From Patescibacteria group bacterium (lineage in GTDB: Bacteria > Patescibacteriota > Patescibacteriia > Patescibacteriales > UBA12465), in NCBI GenBank assembly GCA_041651095.1, contig JBAZJV010000001.1, positions 83,835-147,834 of the forward strand: a stretch of DNA of 64,000 nucleotides, written 5' to 3'. A program made the position numbers and the translations under genes. Shown one piece after another: positions 39,370 through 47,282 of this stretch. The notes beneath the pieces were generated by a model. The model was not told where the DNA came from, ran no database searches, and worked only from the letters and a program-made list of their open reading frames with translations. The number at the start of each line of letters is the position of its first letter. Position 1 is the stretch's first letter.

Positions 39370-39993
39370 ATGCAAAACAACCGGAGAAACTTAGGCATTT
39401 TAATCATCGTCATCGGCCTGATCATCCTGGCCCTGGTCATTTATTTCGGCTTCCTGCGGCCGGGCGCGACGCCCGAAACAGCGCCGACGACCTCGACGCC
39501 GGCCGCGATTTCGTCATTGCCGACCAGTCCGGCGGCCGGAACCACCACGCCGAGCGACAAGCCGACTAACCATCAGCTGTACGATATTTCCAAGGAAGCC
39601 CCTCACCAATTCAATCTGAACGACCTGGCCAAGCTGGCTGAATTCTTCGCCGCCCGTTTCGGTTCCTATTCCAGCCAGTCCGATTACAGTAATTTCACCG
39701 ATTTGCGCCTGTTCATGACCCAGAGCCTGCAAGACTGGGTGGACGGCTATGTCCAGAAATTGCGGCAATCCAAGCCCGGCACCTCTTATTACGGCATTAC
39801 CACGCGGGCACTTTTGACTAAGACCAAGAGTTTCGATGATCGGGCCGGCACGGCCGATATCGTCGTGACCACGGAGCGCAGCGAAAGCACGGAGCAGATC
39901 GGCGGCGGCACGCCTTATCAGCAGGACCTGGAATTGAAATTCAAGAAAGTGGGCGGCGACTGGCTGGTGGACGAAGTCTATTGGCAGAAATAA
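39370..39993 (+). CDS. Membrane-anchored hypothetical protein
   Basis: N-terminal TM helix LGILIIVIGLIILALVIYFGFL, a Thr/Pro-rich linker and a globular C-terminus. 207 aa. Confidence 0.6.
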   Translation: MQNNRRNLGILIIVIGLIILALVIYFGFLRPGATPETAPTTSTPAAISSLPTSPAAGTTTPSDKPTNHQLYDISKEAPHQFNLNDLAKLAEFFAARFGSYSSQSDYSNFTDLRLFMTQSLQDWVDGYVQKLRQSKPGTSYYGITTRALLTKTKSFDDRAGTADIVVTTERSESTEQIGGGTPYQQDLELKFKKVGGDWLVDEVYWQK

Positions 39994-40017
39994 TGATCGC
40001 GCTCTTATTATAGCCCT

Positions 40018-41361
40018 ATGGCCAATCCGTTAAAAAGCATTTTTGTCTGCACTAATTGCGACGCCCAATTCCCGAAATGGAGTGGGCGTTGTTCGGAGTG
40101 CGGCGCCTGGGGCTCTTTGGCCGAGCAGGTGACGGACAGCAAGCAAGCCGAGCGATCGGCCGCCAAAAAATTAGGCGGCGCCGCCATCATCGATTTGGCT
40201 CAGGTGGAAACCGCCGCCTTAAACCGTCTGAAGACCGGCATCTCCGAAATCGACCGGGTGCTCGGCGGCGGCCTGGTGCCGGGTTCGCTGGTCTTGCTGA
40301 GCGGTGAACCGGGCATAGGCAAGTCCACGCTGGTCGCTCAGTTGGCGACCGCCTTAGGTCGTGATGTTATTTATGTGAGCGGCGAAGAGTCCGCCGCCCA
40401 GATCAAAGACCGGCTGCAACGCCTACATTGCGATCTGAACCGTTTGAAATTCATTTCCGAAACCAATGTGGAAAAGATTTGCGCCGCCGGCGCCCAGGCC
40501 AAAGCCTCGCTGATGATCATTGATTCCATCCAAACGGTCTATTCGGCGCTGATTCCGTCGGAAGCCGGCAGCATCGCCCAGATCCGGGCGGCGACCGTTC
40601 ATTTCTTGGAACTGGCCAAGCAGCATAATCTGGCCGTCGTCCTAATCGGCCATATCACCAAGGACGGCCAGGTGGCCGGCCCCAAGTCGCTGGAGCATAT
40701 CGTCGACACGGTCCTGTATCTGGAAAATGAATCGACCAATAATTATTGCCTGCTCCGGACCACCAAGAACCGCTTCGGCTCGGTTAATGAGCTCGGTGTC
40801 CTGGAGATGACCGGCGCCGGTTTCCGGGAAGTGAAGAATCCCAGCCAGATTTTCGTAGAAACGGCGCAGGCCGACATTCCCGGTTCGGTCATCAGCTGCC
40901 TGATAGAAGGGACGCGTCCTTTCCTGACCGACTTGCAGGCTCTGGTAACCAAGACGGTCTTCGGCTACCCGCAGCGCAAAGCCAGCGGCTTCGATCTTAA
41001 CCGTTTGCAGGTTTTGTCCGCCGTCATTACCAAACGGACCAAGATCAATCTGACGGCCCAGGATATCATCCTTAACGTAGTCGGCGGCCTGAAGATCAGC
41101 GATCCGGCTCTTGACCTGGCGGCTTGCGCGGCAATCATCAGCTCGCAGCTGAATAAGAATTTCGATCGCCGGACCGTCGTGCTCGGGGAAGTGGGCCTGG
41201 GCGCCGAAGTGCGCAACGTTTTCAAGTTGGAGCAGCGCCTGCAGGAAGCCGAACGCTTGGGATTTACCACCGCGATCGTGCCGGCTACGCCGGTCAAGGC
41301 CGGCAAGCTGAAGCTCATTCCGGTTGAGCAATTAGGGGAGCTAGTGGAGATTATCAAGTAG
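40018..41361 (+). CDS. radA: DNA repair protein RadA/Sms
   Basis: Zn-finger CTNCDAQFPKWSGRCSECGAW, Walker A GEPGIGKST, KNRFG motif and a Lon-like C-terminus. Confidence 0.95.
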   Translation: MANPLKSIFVCTNCDAQFPKWSGRCSECGAWGSLAEQVTDSKQAERSAAKKLGGAAIIDLAQVETAALNRLKTGISEIDRVLGGGLVPGSLVLLSGEPGIGKSTLVAQLATALGRDVIYVSGEESAAQIKDRLQRLHCDLNRLKFISETNVEKICAAGAQAKASLMIIDSIQTVYSALIPSEAGSIAQIRAATVHFLELAKQHNLAVVLIGHITKDGQVAGPKSLEHIVDTVLYLENESTNNYCLLRTTKNRFGSVNELGVLEMTGAGFREVKNPSQIFVETAQADIPGSVISCLIEGTRPFLTDLQALVTKTVFGYPQRKASGFDLNRLQVLSAVITKRTKINLTAQDIILNVVGGLKISDPALDLAACAAIISSQLNKNFDRRTVVLGEVGLGAEVRNVFKLEQRLQEAERLGFTTAIVPATPVKAGKLKLIPVEQLGELVEIIK

Positions 41362-41410
41362 GGATTGATCGGCACGGAGCGAAAAATTGATAAAATTTGG
41401 GAAATAAAAA

Positions 41411-41437
41411 ATGGACAACCGATTGGCTGTCCATTTT
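41411..41437. terminator. Bidirectional intrinsic terminator after radA
   Basis: ATGGACAACC (41411-41420), loop GATT, GGCTGTCCAT (41425-41434) with one A/C mismatch. It is flanked by an A-run and TTTT. Confidence 0.5.
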
Positions 41438-41450
41438 AAGCGAGAATTTT

Positions 41451-41816
41451 TTATAGAACTAGAGCATAGGCCGGGATTGGTTCGTGTTTTTTGAATCCAA
41501 GTTCAATATTTAAGCTTTTTTGATCTGCAGATATTATTTCATCAAAATTTTTATTGAAAAATTTTTGGCAAACATCATTAGCAGATTTTTTGCTTGTGAA
41601 ACTATAATTGGAGACCAATGTTTCATAAGTTTTTTCTACTTTTTTTTCTTTGCTATCAGGATTAGTTTTAGAAGAGAATAAATGCCCTTCATTACTAACT
41701 CTACCAGCGGTGATGATTACGTCTTCACCGTTCAAAAAAGCTTCAAAATTTTTACTGACCATGTTTTCCTCGCTTTGCCTTGTTAGGCGGTTTTGCTGAC
41801 GAGATAATCTCGTCAA
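41451..41816 (-). CDS. Hypothetical protein in an AT-rich islet
   Basis: 121-aa ORF with AT-rich codon usage unlike its neighbours. Confidence 0.45.
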   Translation of the reverse strand: MTRLSRQQNRLTRQSEENMVSKNFEAFLNGEDVIITAGRVSNEGHLFSSKTNPDSKEKKVEKTYETLVSNYSFTSKKSANDVCQKFFNKNFDEIISADQKSLNIELGFKKHEPIPAYALVL

Positions 41817-41936
41817 GGTTTTAAAAGAAGGTTGATTATGAACTAATAATACTATTTATTATGGATTAAGTCAATGGTATTTGGTGGATAAAGTTAGCTT
41901 ATTTTAGCCTCTAGATATAAAGAATTATCAGTATAC

Positions 41937-41965
41937 TTGACAGTAATTATTAAAGGTGTTATAAT
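41937..41965 (+). promoter_or_regulatory. Consensus sigma70-type promoter
   Basis: TTGACA (41937-41942), N17, TATAAT (41960-41965). Confidence 0.45.
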
Positions 41966-42161
41966 TATTTTATGTTCATTTAAAAGATATTTGGGTTTTT
42001 TGACCTGTTTTGAGGCGATGAGCCTGAAAGCAGATCAAAGAAACTAAACTAAATAGAAACAATACAAAAGGATAACTGATGAAAACTTTAAAGAAGTTCT
42101 TCGCACCGGCAGTTGATTTATTAATAAATCTTTCCATCATCTTCAGGGGGGGGCACTCGTC

Positions 42162-42395
42162 ATGGGCGGGCTTTTCTCAATCTTCATATTAGGGATTGGG
42201 ATATTCTGCTTCGGCTTGTATCTTGGATCGCCTGATGACTATCCTGGAGATTTATTATTATGGATAAGACAACCGTCGGTAATCGTAACTTTGTTAATTT
42301 TATCCGTATTGTTCTTTGTTTTTAAAGGAACGAGGCGGAAACTTTTGACCAAGTTCGAAAATTCTAAATTGGTTAAACGGTTTGAGGCTTTATAG
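42162..42395 (+). CDS. Small membrane protein, possibly the 3' part of a gene interrupted at a G8 tract
   Basis: 77-aa ORF with two TM helices. An upstream 37-codon ORF (42079-42192) reads into the G8 run (42146-42153). One extra G would fuse the two frames. Confidence 0.35.
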   Translation: MGGLFSIFILGIGIFCFGLYLGSPDDYPGDLLLWIRQPSVIVTLLILSVLFFVFKGTRRKLLTKFENSKLVKRFEAL

Positions 42396-42405
42396 AAACA
42401 ATAAG

Positions 42406-42437
42406 GAGTCGTCGACGAATGTCAGCGACTCTTTTTT
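42406..42437. terminator. Intrinsic terminator between convergent genes
   Basis: GAGTCG (42406-42411) pairs with CGACTC (42426-42431), followed by T6. Confidence 0.5.
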
Positions 42438-42451
42438 AATTAATGATTTAT

Positions 42452-44488
42452 CTATTCCAAATGCACCCGGTTTTCCCATTCACCCAGCTTAGTTTTCAGG
42501 AGCGGGTGTTTTTTTAAATCCGGATCGGCCGTCACCAGAGCGGCGGCTTCAGTCTGAGCTTTCTTGATATTGTCATAATCGAACAGCGTGGCGATTTGGA
42601 ATTCCGGGAATCCGCTCTGGCCGGTGCCGTATAATTCGCCGGCGCCGCGCAACCTCAGGTCTATCTTGGCCAAGGCGAAACCGTCCTGGTATTTAGTCAT
42701 CGCCTCCAGGCGGGCCAAGGTCTTGGCGTTGCTGATTTCTTCGCTGGAAGGGAACAGGAAACAATATGATTGGTGTTCACTGCGTCCGACGCGTCCCCGG
42801 AATTGGTGCAGACTGGCCAGGCCGAAACGTTCCGCTCCTTCTATCAGCATCAACGTTGCGTTTGGTACATCCACGCCGACTTCCACTACCGAGGTCGACA
42901 CCATGATCTGCGTCTGGTTGGCCAGGAACTCGGCCATCACCCGTTCTTTTTCTTTGGCGCTCAGGCGGCCGTGCAGCAGGCCGACTTTCAACTCGGGGAA
43001 GATGTCTTGGTCCAGCTTGGCATGTTCGGCTTTAACTGATTTGACGCCCAGGCGGTCCGATTCGTCGATGAGCGGACAGATGACGAAGGCCTGCTGGCCG
43101 CTCTTGATTTGCTGCCGGATGAAATCATAAGCTACTTGGCGGTTAGCCTCGGTGACTACTCTGGTGATGATCGGCTTCCGGCCGGCGGGCCGCTGGTTAA
43201 TGACTGAGAGATCCAGATCACCGTAAATAGTCAGGGCCAGGGAACGGGGAATAGGCGTGGCCGTGAGCGACAGGAAATGCGGCGTTAAGTCATCAAGTCC
43301 GTGGGAATCCAGGACCTTTTGCCGTTGGCTGACGCCGAAACGGTGCTGTTCATCTACTACCGCGAGCGCTAGGTTATCGAATTTCAAGCCTTTCTGGATC
43401 AAAGCATGCGTGCCGATGATGATATCAGCCCGGGTCGCCTCGGCGTCCTTGCGGCCGCCGGTCATTAGCGCGATCCGGAAACCATAACCGGCTAGAAGAT
43501 TGGTAACATAGGCAAAATGCTGCCGGGCCAGGATCTCCGTCGGAGCCATTAATAGTGCCTGCTTCTTATTCAAGGCGACGTTCAATAAGGCCAGAATAAC
43601 GACCAGGGTCTTGCCGCTACCGACATCACCTTCCAAAAGCCGGCTCATCGGCGCCGTTTTTTCCAGATCGCGCAGGATTTCCCAGGCGGCTTGGCGCTGG
43701 GCATCGGTCAGCTTGAAAGGCAGGGTTTTGACGAATTTTTGCGTGGCCGTTTCCTGAAATTTTATGGGCCAGGCTTGGCGCGATTTCAATTCGCGCTTGA
43801 TCATCTGGGCTTTCACCTGGCGCAGGAATAATCCCGTAAAACCGAGCCGCTGCCGCGCGGCGAGCGCCGCCGCTTGGTTAGACGGGAAATGAATCTGGCG
43901 CAGAGCCGTGCCAAGATCCAACAAACCCAGCCGCTTCTTGATGTCCGCCGGCAGCCAATCCGGCTCCTGGTCGGCTAAGGCGATAATCTCTTTTACCAGA
44001 AAGCGGATCTGCTTCTGGGTGAGATTGGCGGTCAGGTGGTAATTGGGAATCAGGCCTTTGGTATGGATGAGATCGGCGGAATATATTTTTTCGATCACCG
44101 GCGAAACCATGGCTAGGCTGCCATAACTCTCGCTGACCCGGCCGGCCAGCGAGACCCGGTCGCCGACCTTATAAGTCCGGGTCAGGAAAGGCTGGTTGAA
44201 CCAGATCGCTTTCAAGGTATCGCTCTCGTCGCTGATGAGCGCTTCCGTCAGGTACATCCGTCGCCGCGGGCTTTTCTTGTTCTGAATAAGCTCAATAGTA
44301 CCGCTCACGTTGGCGGCTTGCCCCTCCCGCAAGTCGGCAATCGCCGCCTGCCTTGAAAAATCTTCGTAACGGAACGGGAAATAAAAAAGCAGGTCGTGGA
44401 CGGTTTCCAGACCCAGCTTTTTTAATAGTTTAGCGGTAGTTTTTCCGACCCGGTAGAGTTCGGTGATCGGCGAAGTGAGAGTAACCAT
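42452..44488 (-). CDS. recG: ATP-dependent DNA helicase RecG
   Basis: Wedge/OB N-terminus, helicase motifs GDVGSGKT, VVDEQHRFG and QFRGRVGR. The start is set at the third in-frame ATG of the tracked ORF (MVTLTSPITELY; start codon at 44486-44488) because the longer ORF overlaps tRNA-Arg. Confidence 0.93.
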   Translation of the reverse strand: MVTLTSPITELYRVGKTTAKLLKKLGLETVHDLLFYFPFRYEDFSRQAAIADLREGQAANVSGTIELIQNKKSPRRRMYLTEALISDESDTLKAIWFNQPFLTRTYKVGDRVSLAGRVSESYGSLAMVSPVIEKIYSADLIHTKGLIPNYHLTANLTQKQIRFLVKEIIALADQEPDWLPADIKKRLGLLDLGTALRQIHFPSNQAAALAARQRLGFTGLFLRQVKAQMIKRELKSRQAWPIKFQETATQKFVKTLPFKLTDAQRQAAWEILRDLEKTAPMSRLLEGDVGSGKTLVVILALLNVALNKKQALLMAPTEILARQHFAYVTNLLAGYGFRIALMTGGRKDAEATRADIIIGTHALIQKGLKFDNLALAVVDEQHRFGVSQRQKVLDSHGLDDLTPHFLSLTATPIPRSLALTIYGDLDLSVINQRPAGRKPIITRVVTEANRQVAYDFIRQQIKSGQQAFVICPLIDESDRLGVKSVKAEHAKLDQDIFPELKVGLLHGRLSAKEKERVMAEFLANQTQIMVSTSVVEVGVDVPNATLMLIEGAERFGLASLHQFRGRVGRSEHQSYCFLFPSSEEISNAKTLARLEAMTKYQDGFALAKIDLRLRGAGELYGTGQSGFPEFQIATLFDYDNIKKAQTEAAALVTADPDLKKHPLLKTKLGEWENRVHLE

Positions 44489-44498
44489 ATGGCAAAGG

Positions 44499-44570
44499 TG
44501 CATCCACCAGGAATCGAACCTGGATTTCAAGCTCCGCAAGCTTGCGTCCTATCCGTTGAACGATGGATGC
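44499..44570 (-). tRNA. tRNA-Arg (anticodon GCG)
   Basis: The minus strand reads GCATCCA-TC-GTTC-AACGGATA-GGAC-G-CAAGC-TTGCGGA-GCTTG-AAAT-CCAGG-TTCGATT-CCTGG-TGGATGC-A. This gives a full cloverleaf of 72 nt, followed by CC. Confidence 0.85.
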
Positions 44571-44607
44571 TTATCCGGCCTGTTTGCCGAAAACTGCTTC
44601 CATCTTA

Positions 44608-45126
44608 TTATAGTTTCAACAATTTAGTCAACTGTTCGGATAAGGGCGGGACCGTGCGATCCAGGTCCTCGTCCAGATAGCGGACCAGGAAGTTCCGGAC
44701 GGTGAGCGCGTCCATGCGCCGGAGCGGCACGGACAGGCGGGGGCGCATGCTATTCTTGTATTCCAGATAAAGATTCTTGATACTATCTTTGGGCTTGTAG
44801 AGGACGGAGAAGTTCTTGAATTCGTCATAGTCGTAGAAATTCCGGCCGATTTTTACTCCTTCCGGGCCCAATTCAAACCCGACCTGAGTCGGCTTCTGAC
44901 TATCGTTGATGATCATGACGATAGCCGATAAGACGATAATCAGGGCAAAAAGGAAATTGGAGTTGAGGCCGAGGAAGACCAGGCGCCAGCCGCTAAAACT
45001 GAAAAAGCTGAAAAATAGGAGCAGCACAGCCAGGACGGCGGTGATGATATACCAGTTGCGGCTGCGGTCGTGCTTTTTATATTCCGGCACGGGCCAGCGC
45101 AGGTAAATAGCTTGGTTTTCGGGCAT
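44608..45126 (-). CDS. Membrane protein (two TM helices plus a soluble C-terminal domain), hypothetical
   Basis: 172-aa ORF with TM segments WYIITAVLAVLLLFFSFFSF and FLFALIIVLSAIVMII. Confidence 0.65.
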   Translation of the reverse strand: MPENQAIYLRWPVPEYKKHDRSRNWYIITAVLAVLLLFFSFFSFSGWRLVFLGLNSNFLFALIIVLSAIVMIINDSQKPTQVGFELGPEGVKIGRNFYDYDEFKNFSVLYKPKDSIKNLYLEYKNSMRPRLSVPLRRMDALTVRNFLVRYLDEDLDRTVPPLSEQLTKLLKL

Positions 45127-45221
45127 ATTTTTATGGCTAACTGGCCAATTTCAGATTGACAAGGCCAAGTATATTTTATATATTGATTATAACATAAAAT
45201 CCGGAAAAAGAGGACATTTAT

Positions 45222-45315
45222 GGAGAGGTGGCTGAGTGGCTGAAAGCGGCAGGTTGCTAACCTGTTATAGGGTGTTAAAGCCCTATCGAGGGTTCGAATC
45301 CCTCCTTCTCCGCCA
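45222..45315 (+). tRNA. tRNA-Ser (anticodon GCU), CCA encoded
   Basis: Acceptor stem GGAGAGG/CTTCTCC, 3-bp D stem GCT/AGC, anticodon arm GCAGG-TTGCTAA-CCTGT, long variable arm TAGGG..CCCTA, T arm GAGGG-TTCGAAT-CCCTC, then G-CCA. Confidence 0.9.
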
Positions 45316-45390
45316 GGACAATTTAGTATCGGATAGACCCATTTAATATAGAGAAATGAGCGACCCGAGTGGTTCGAATCCCATTGTCCT
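45316..45390 (+). pseudogene. Degenerate tRNA-like element, either a pseudo-tRNA or an att remnant
   Basis: A perfect 7-bp acceptor-type pairing joins GGACAAT (45316-45322) and ATTGTCC (45383-45389). CGAGTGGTTCGAATCCC copies the tRNA-Ser T-arm (CGAGGGTTCGAATCCC) with a 1-nt insertion. The D and T stems do not pair, and the anticodon-like stem CATTT/AAATG closes a 9-nt loop. Confidence 0.35.
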
Positions 45391-45475
45391 TGTCAAAAAG
45401 GCGTTCTTTAAAAAGGACGTTTTTTTGTATAATTTTGGATAAGGTGTATAATATAATCAATATATTTTAGTAAAA

Positions 45476-45679
45476 ATGAATATGTCTACAATCAGTAAAA
45501 ATATCCGCAAGCTAAGGGAACGAAAAGGAATATCTCAAGATAGGCTTTCTAAACTTGCTGATATTTCTTTGAACACCATTGCCAAGTTGGAACTTGATGA
45601 CACTCAAAACCCCACTATTGAAACATTGCAGAAAATTGCGAAAGCTTTAGATGTTGGGGTTGAAGACTTAATTAAATAA
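45476..45679 (+). CDS. XRE-family HTH transcriptional regulator, possibly an R-M controller
   Basis: IRKLRERKGISQDRLSKLADISLNTIAKLE is a classic Cro/C1 HTH. 67 aa. It ends 6 nt upstream of hsdM. Confidence 0.8.
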   Translation: MNMSTISKNIRKLRERKGISQDRLSKLADISLNTIAKLELDDTQNPTIETLQKIAKALDVGVEDLIK

Positions 45680-45685
45680 AAACAT

Positions 45686-47272
45686 ATGACAACTAAAGAA
45701 ATGACATTAAATACAACCAAAGAACAAGAACGAGCAGAATTGCATCGTGCTATTTGGCAGATTGCGAATGATTTGCGTGGGAGTATTGATGGTTGGGATT
45801 TCAAGCAGTATGTTTTAGGAATGCTTTTTTATCGTTTTATTAGTGAAAACTTAACTAATTATATCAATGCCGATGAGAGACGATCTGGTAATAAAGATTT
45901 TGACTACTCAACTCTTTCTGACAAAGAAGCAGAATTTGGTCGAGCTGATACCGTGAGAGAAAAGGGATTTTATATTTTACCAAGTGAGTTATTTGTAAAT
46001 GTGTGTAAAAAGGCTCGCAATGACGCAAACCTCAACGAAACATTGGCAAGTGTATTTCGTAGTATTGAAAATTCGGCGAAAGGTTCTGATAGTGAGGATG
46101 ACTTGAGAGGTTTGTTTGATGATCTAGACGTTAACTCCAACAAGTTAGGTAATAGTGTTGAAAAGAGGAACCAAAAATTAGTTAAGCTTTTAGAAGCTAT
46201 TGGTGATCTTCGTTTGGGGAATTATGCTGATAACACTATTGATGCTTTTGGTGATGCCTACGAATTTTTGATGACCATGTATGCTTCAAATTCTGGAAAA
46301 TCTGGCGGTGAATTTTTTACACCACAAGAAGTCAGTCAACTGCTTGCCGAAATTACAACAGTTGGAAAAAAAGAAGTAAATAAAGTTTATGATCCAGCTT
46401 GTGGTTCAGGTTCATTGCTTCTCAAGTTTGCAAAAGTTTTAGGGAAAGAAAATGTTCGCATTGGTTTTTTTGGACAAGAAATCAATCTTACCACTTACAA
46501 CCTGTGCCGTATTAACATGTTTTTGCATGATATAAATTATAATCATTTTGATATTGCACACGGTGACACACTGACTGACCCAAAGCATTGGGATGATGAA
46601 CCATTTGATGCTATTGTCTCAAATCCTCCATATTCTACTAGGTGGGAGGGTGAGGATAATCCAATTTTAATTAACGATCCACGCTTTGCACCAGCAGGTG
46701 TGCTTGCCCCAAAAAGTAAAGCTGATTTAGCTTTCACTATGCATATGTTATCTTGGCTTTCTACGAGTGGCACAGCTGCCATCGTTGAATTTCCGGGTGT
46801 TCTTTACCGTGGCGGAGCAGAGCAAAAAATTCGTAAATATTTGGTAGACAATAATTATGTTGATACGGTTATTCAATTACCAGCGGATTTATTTTTTGGT
46901 GTGACTATAGCCACTTGTATTATTGTTTTGAAAAAGAGCAAAAAAGACAATAAAGTTCTATTTATTGATGCTTCTGCTGAATTTGTTCGTAATGGCAATA
47001 AAAATAAATTAAGTGACTTAAATCGTACAAAAATATTAGGAGCATTTACTGATCGTAAAGATGGTGATTACTTTTCCAAGCTGGTAGATAATAGAATAAT
47101 TGCTGAGAATGATTATAATATTGCCGTTTCAAGTTATGTTGTCGCGGAGGACACTAGAGAAATAATAGATATTAAAGAATTAAACAACAAAATTACTGAA
47201 ATAGTAAAAAGACAAAATGAACTTCGCCAAGCAATTGACGAAATCGTTGCTGATATTGAACAAAGTAAATAA
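45686..47272 (+). CDS. hsdM: Type I restriction-modification system, methyltransferase subunit
   Basis: HsdM_N-like LHRAIWQIANDLRGSIDGWDFKQYVLGMLFYRFISE, motif I YDPACGSGS and motif IV SNPPYS. Confidence 0.93.
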   Translation: MTTKEMTLNTTKEQERAELHRAIWQIANDLRGSIDGWDFKQYVLGMLFYRFISENLTNYINADERRSGNKDFDYSTLSDKEAEFGRADTVREKGFYILPSELFVNVCKKARNDANLNETLASVFRSIENSAKGSDSEDDLRGLFDDLDVNSNKLGNSVEKRNQKLVKLLEAIGDLRLGNYADNTIDAFGDAYEFLMTMYASNSGKSGGEFFTPQEVSQLLAEITTVGKKEVNKVYDPACGSGSLLLKFAKVLGKENVRIGFFGQEINLTTYNLCRINMFLHDINYNHFDIAHGDTLTDPKHWDDEPFDAIVSNPPYSTRWEGEDNPILINDPRFAPAGVLAPKSKADLAFTMHMLSWLSTSGTAAIVEFPGVLYRGGAEQKIRKYLVDNNYVDTVIQLPADLFFGVTIATCIIVLKKSKKDNKVLFIDASAEFVRNGNKNKLSDLNRTKILGAFTDRKDGDYFSKLVDNRIIAENDYNIAVSSYVVAEDTREIIDIKELNNKITEIVKRQNELRQAIDEIVADIEQSK

Positions 47273-47282
47273 AAAAGAAGGT

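Noticed and set aside
44489-44680. The 5' extension of the tracked recG ORF (to 44539) and the 63-aa plus-strand ORF at 44489-44680.
   Set aside because: Both overlap a well-folding tRNA-Arg(GCG) at 44499-44570. RecG has a good internal start (MVTLTSPITELY, start codon at 44486-44488) just outside the tRNA.
45316-45390. A second functional tRNA immediately after tRNA-Ser.
   Set aside because: Only the acceptor stem pairs. No D stem can be formed. The T stem is disrupted by a 1-nt insertion relative to the tRNA-Ser copy. The anticodon-like stem closes a 9-nt loop. I treat it as a pseudo-tRNA or att remnant instead.
47217-47282. The upstream start of the embedded ORF at 47217 and the hsdS ORF start at 48226.
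   Set aside because: Both extensions overlap the preceding genes by 56-68 nt. Internal ATGs at 47283 and 48295 give compact, non-overlapping operon junctions. The hsdS N-terminus then begins close to the first TRD.
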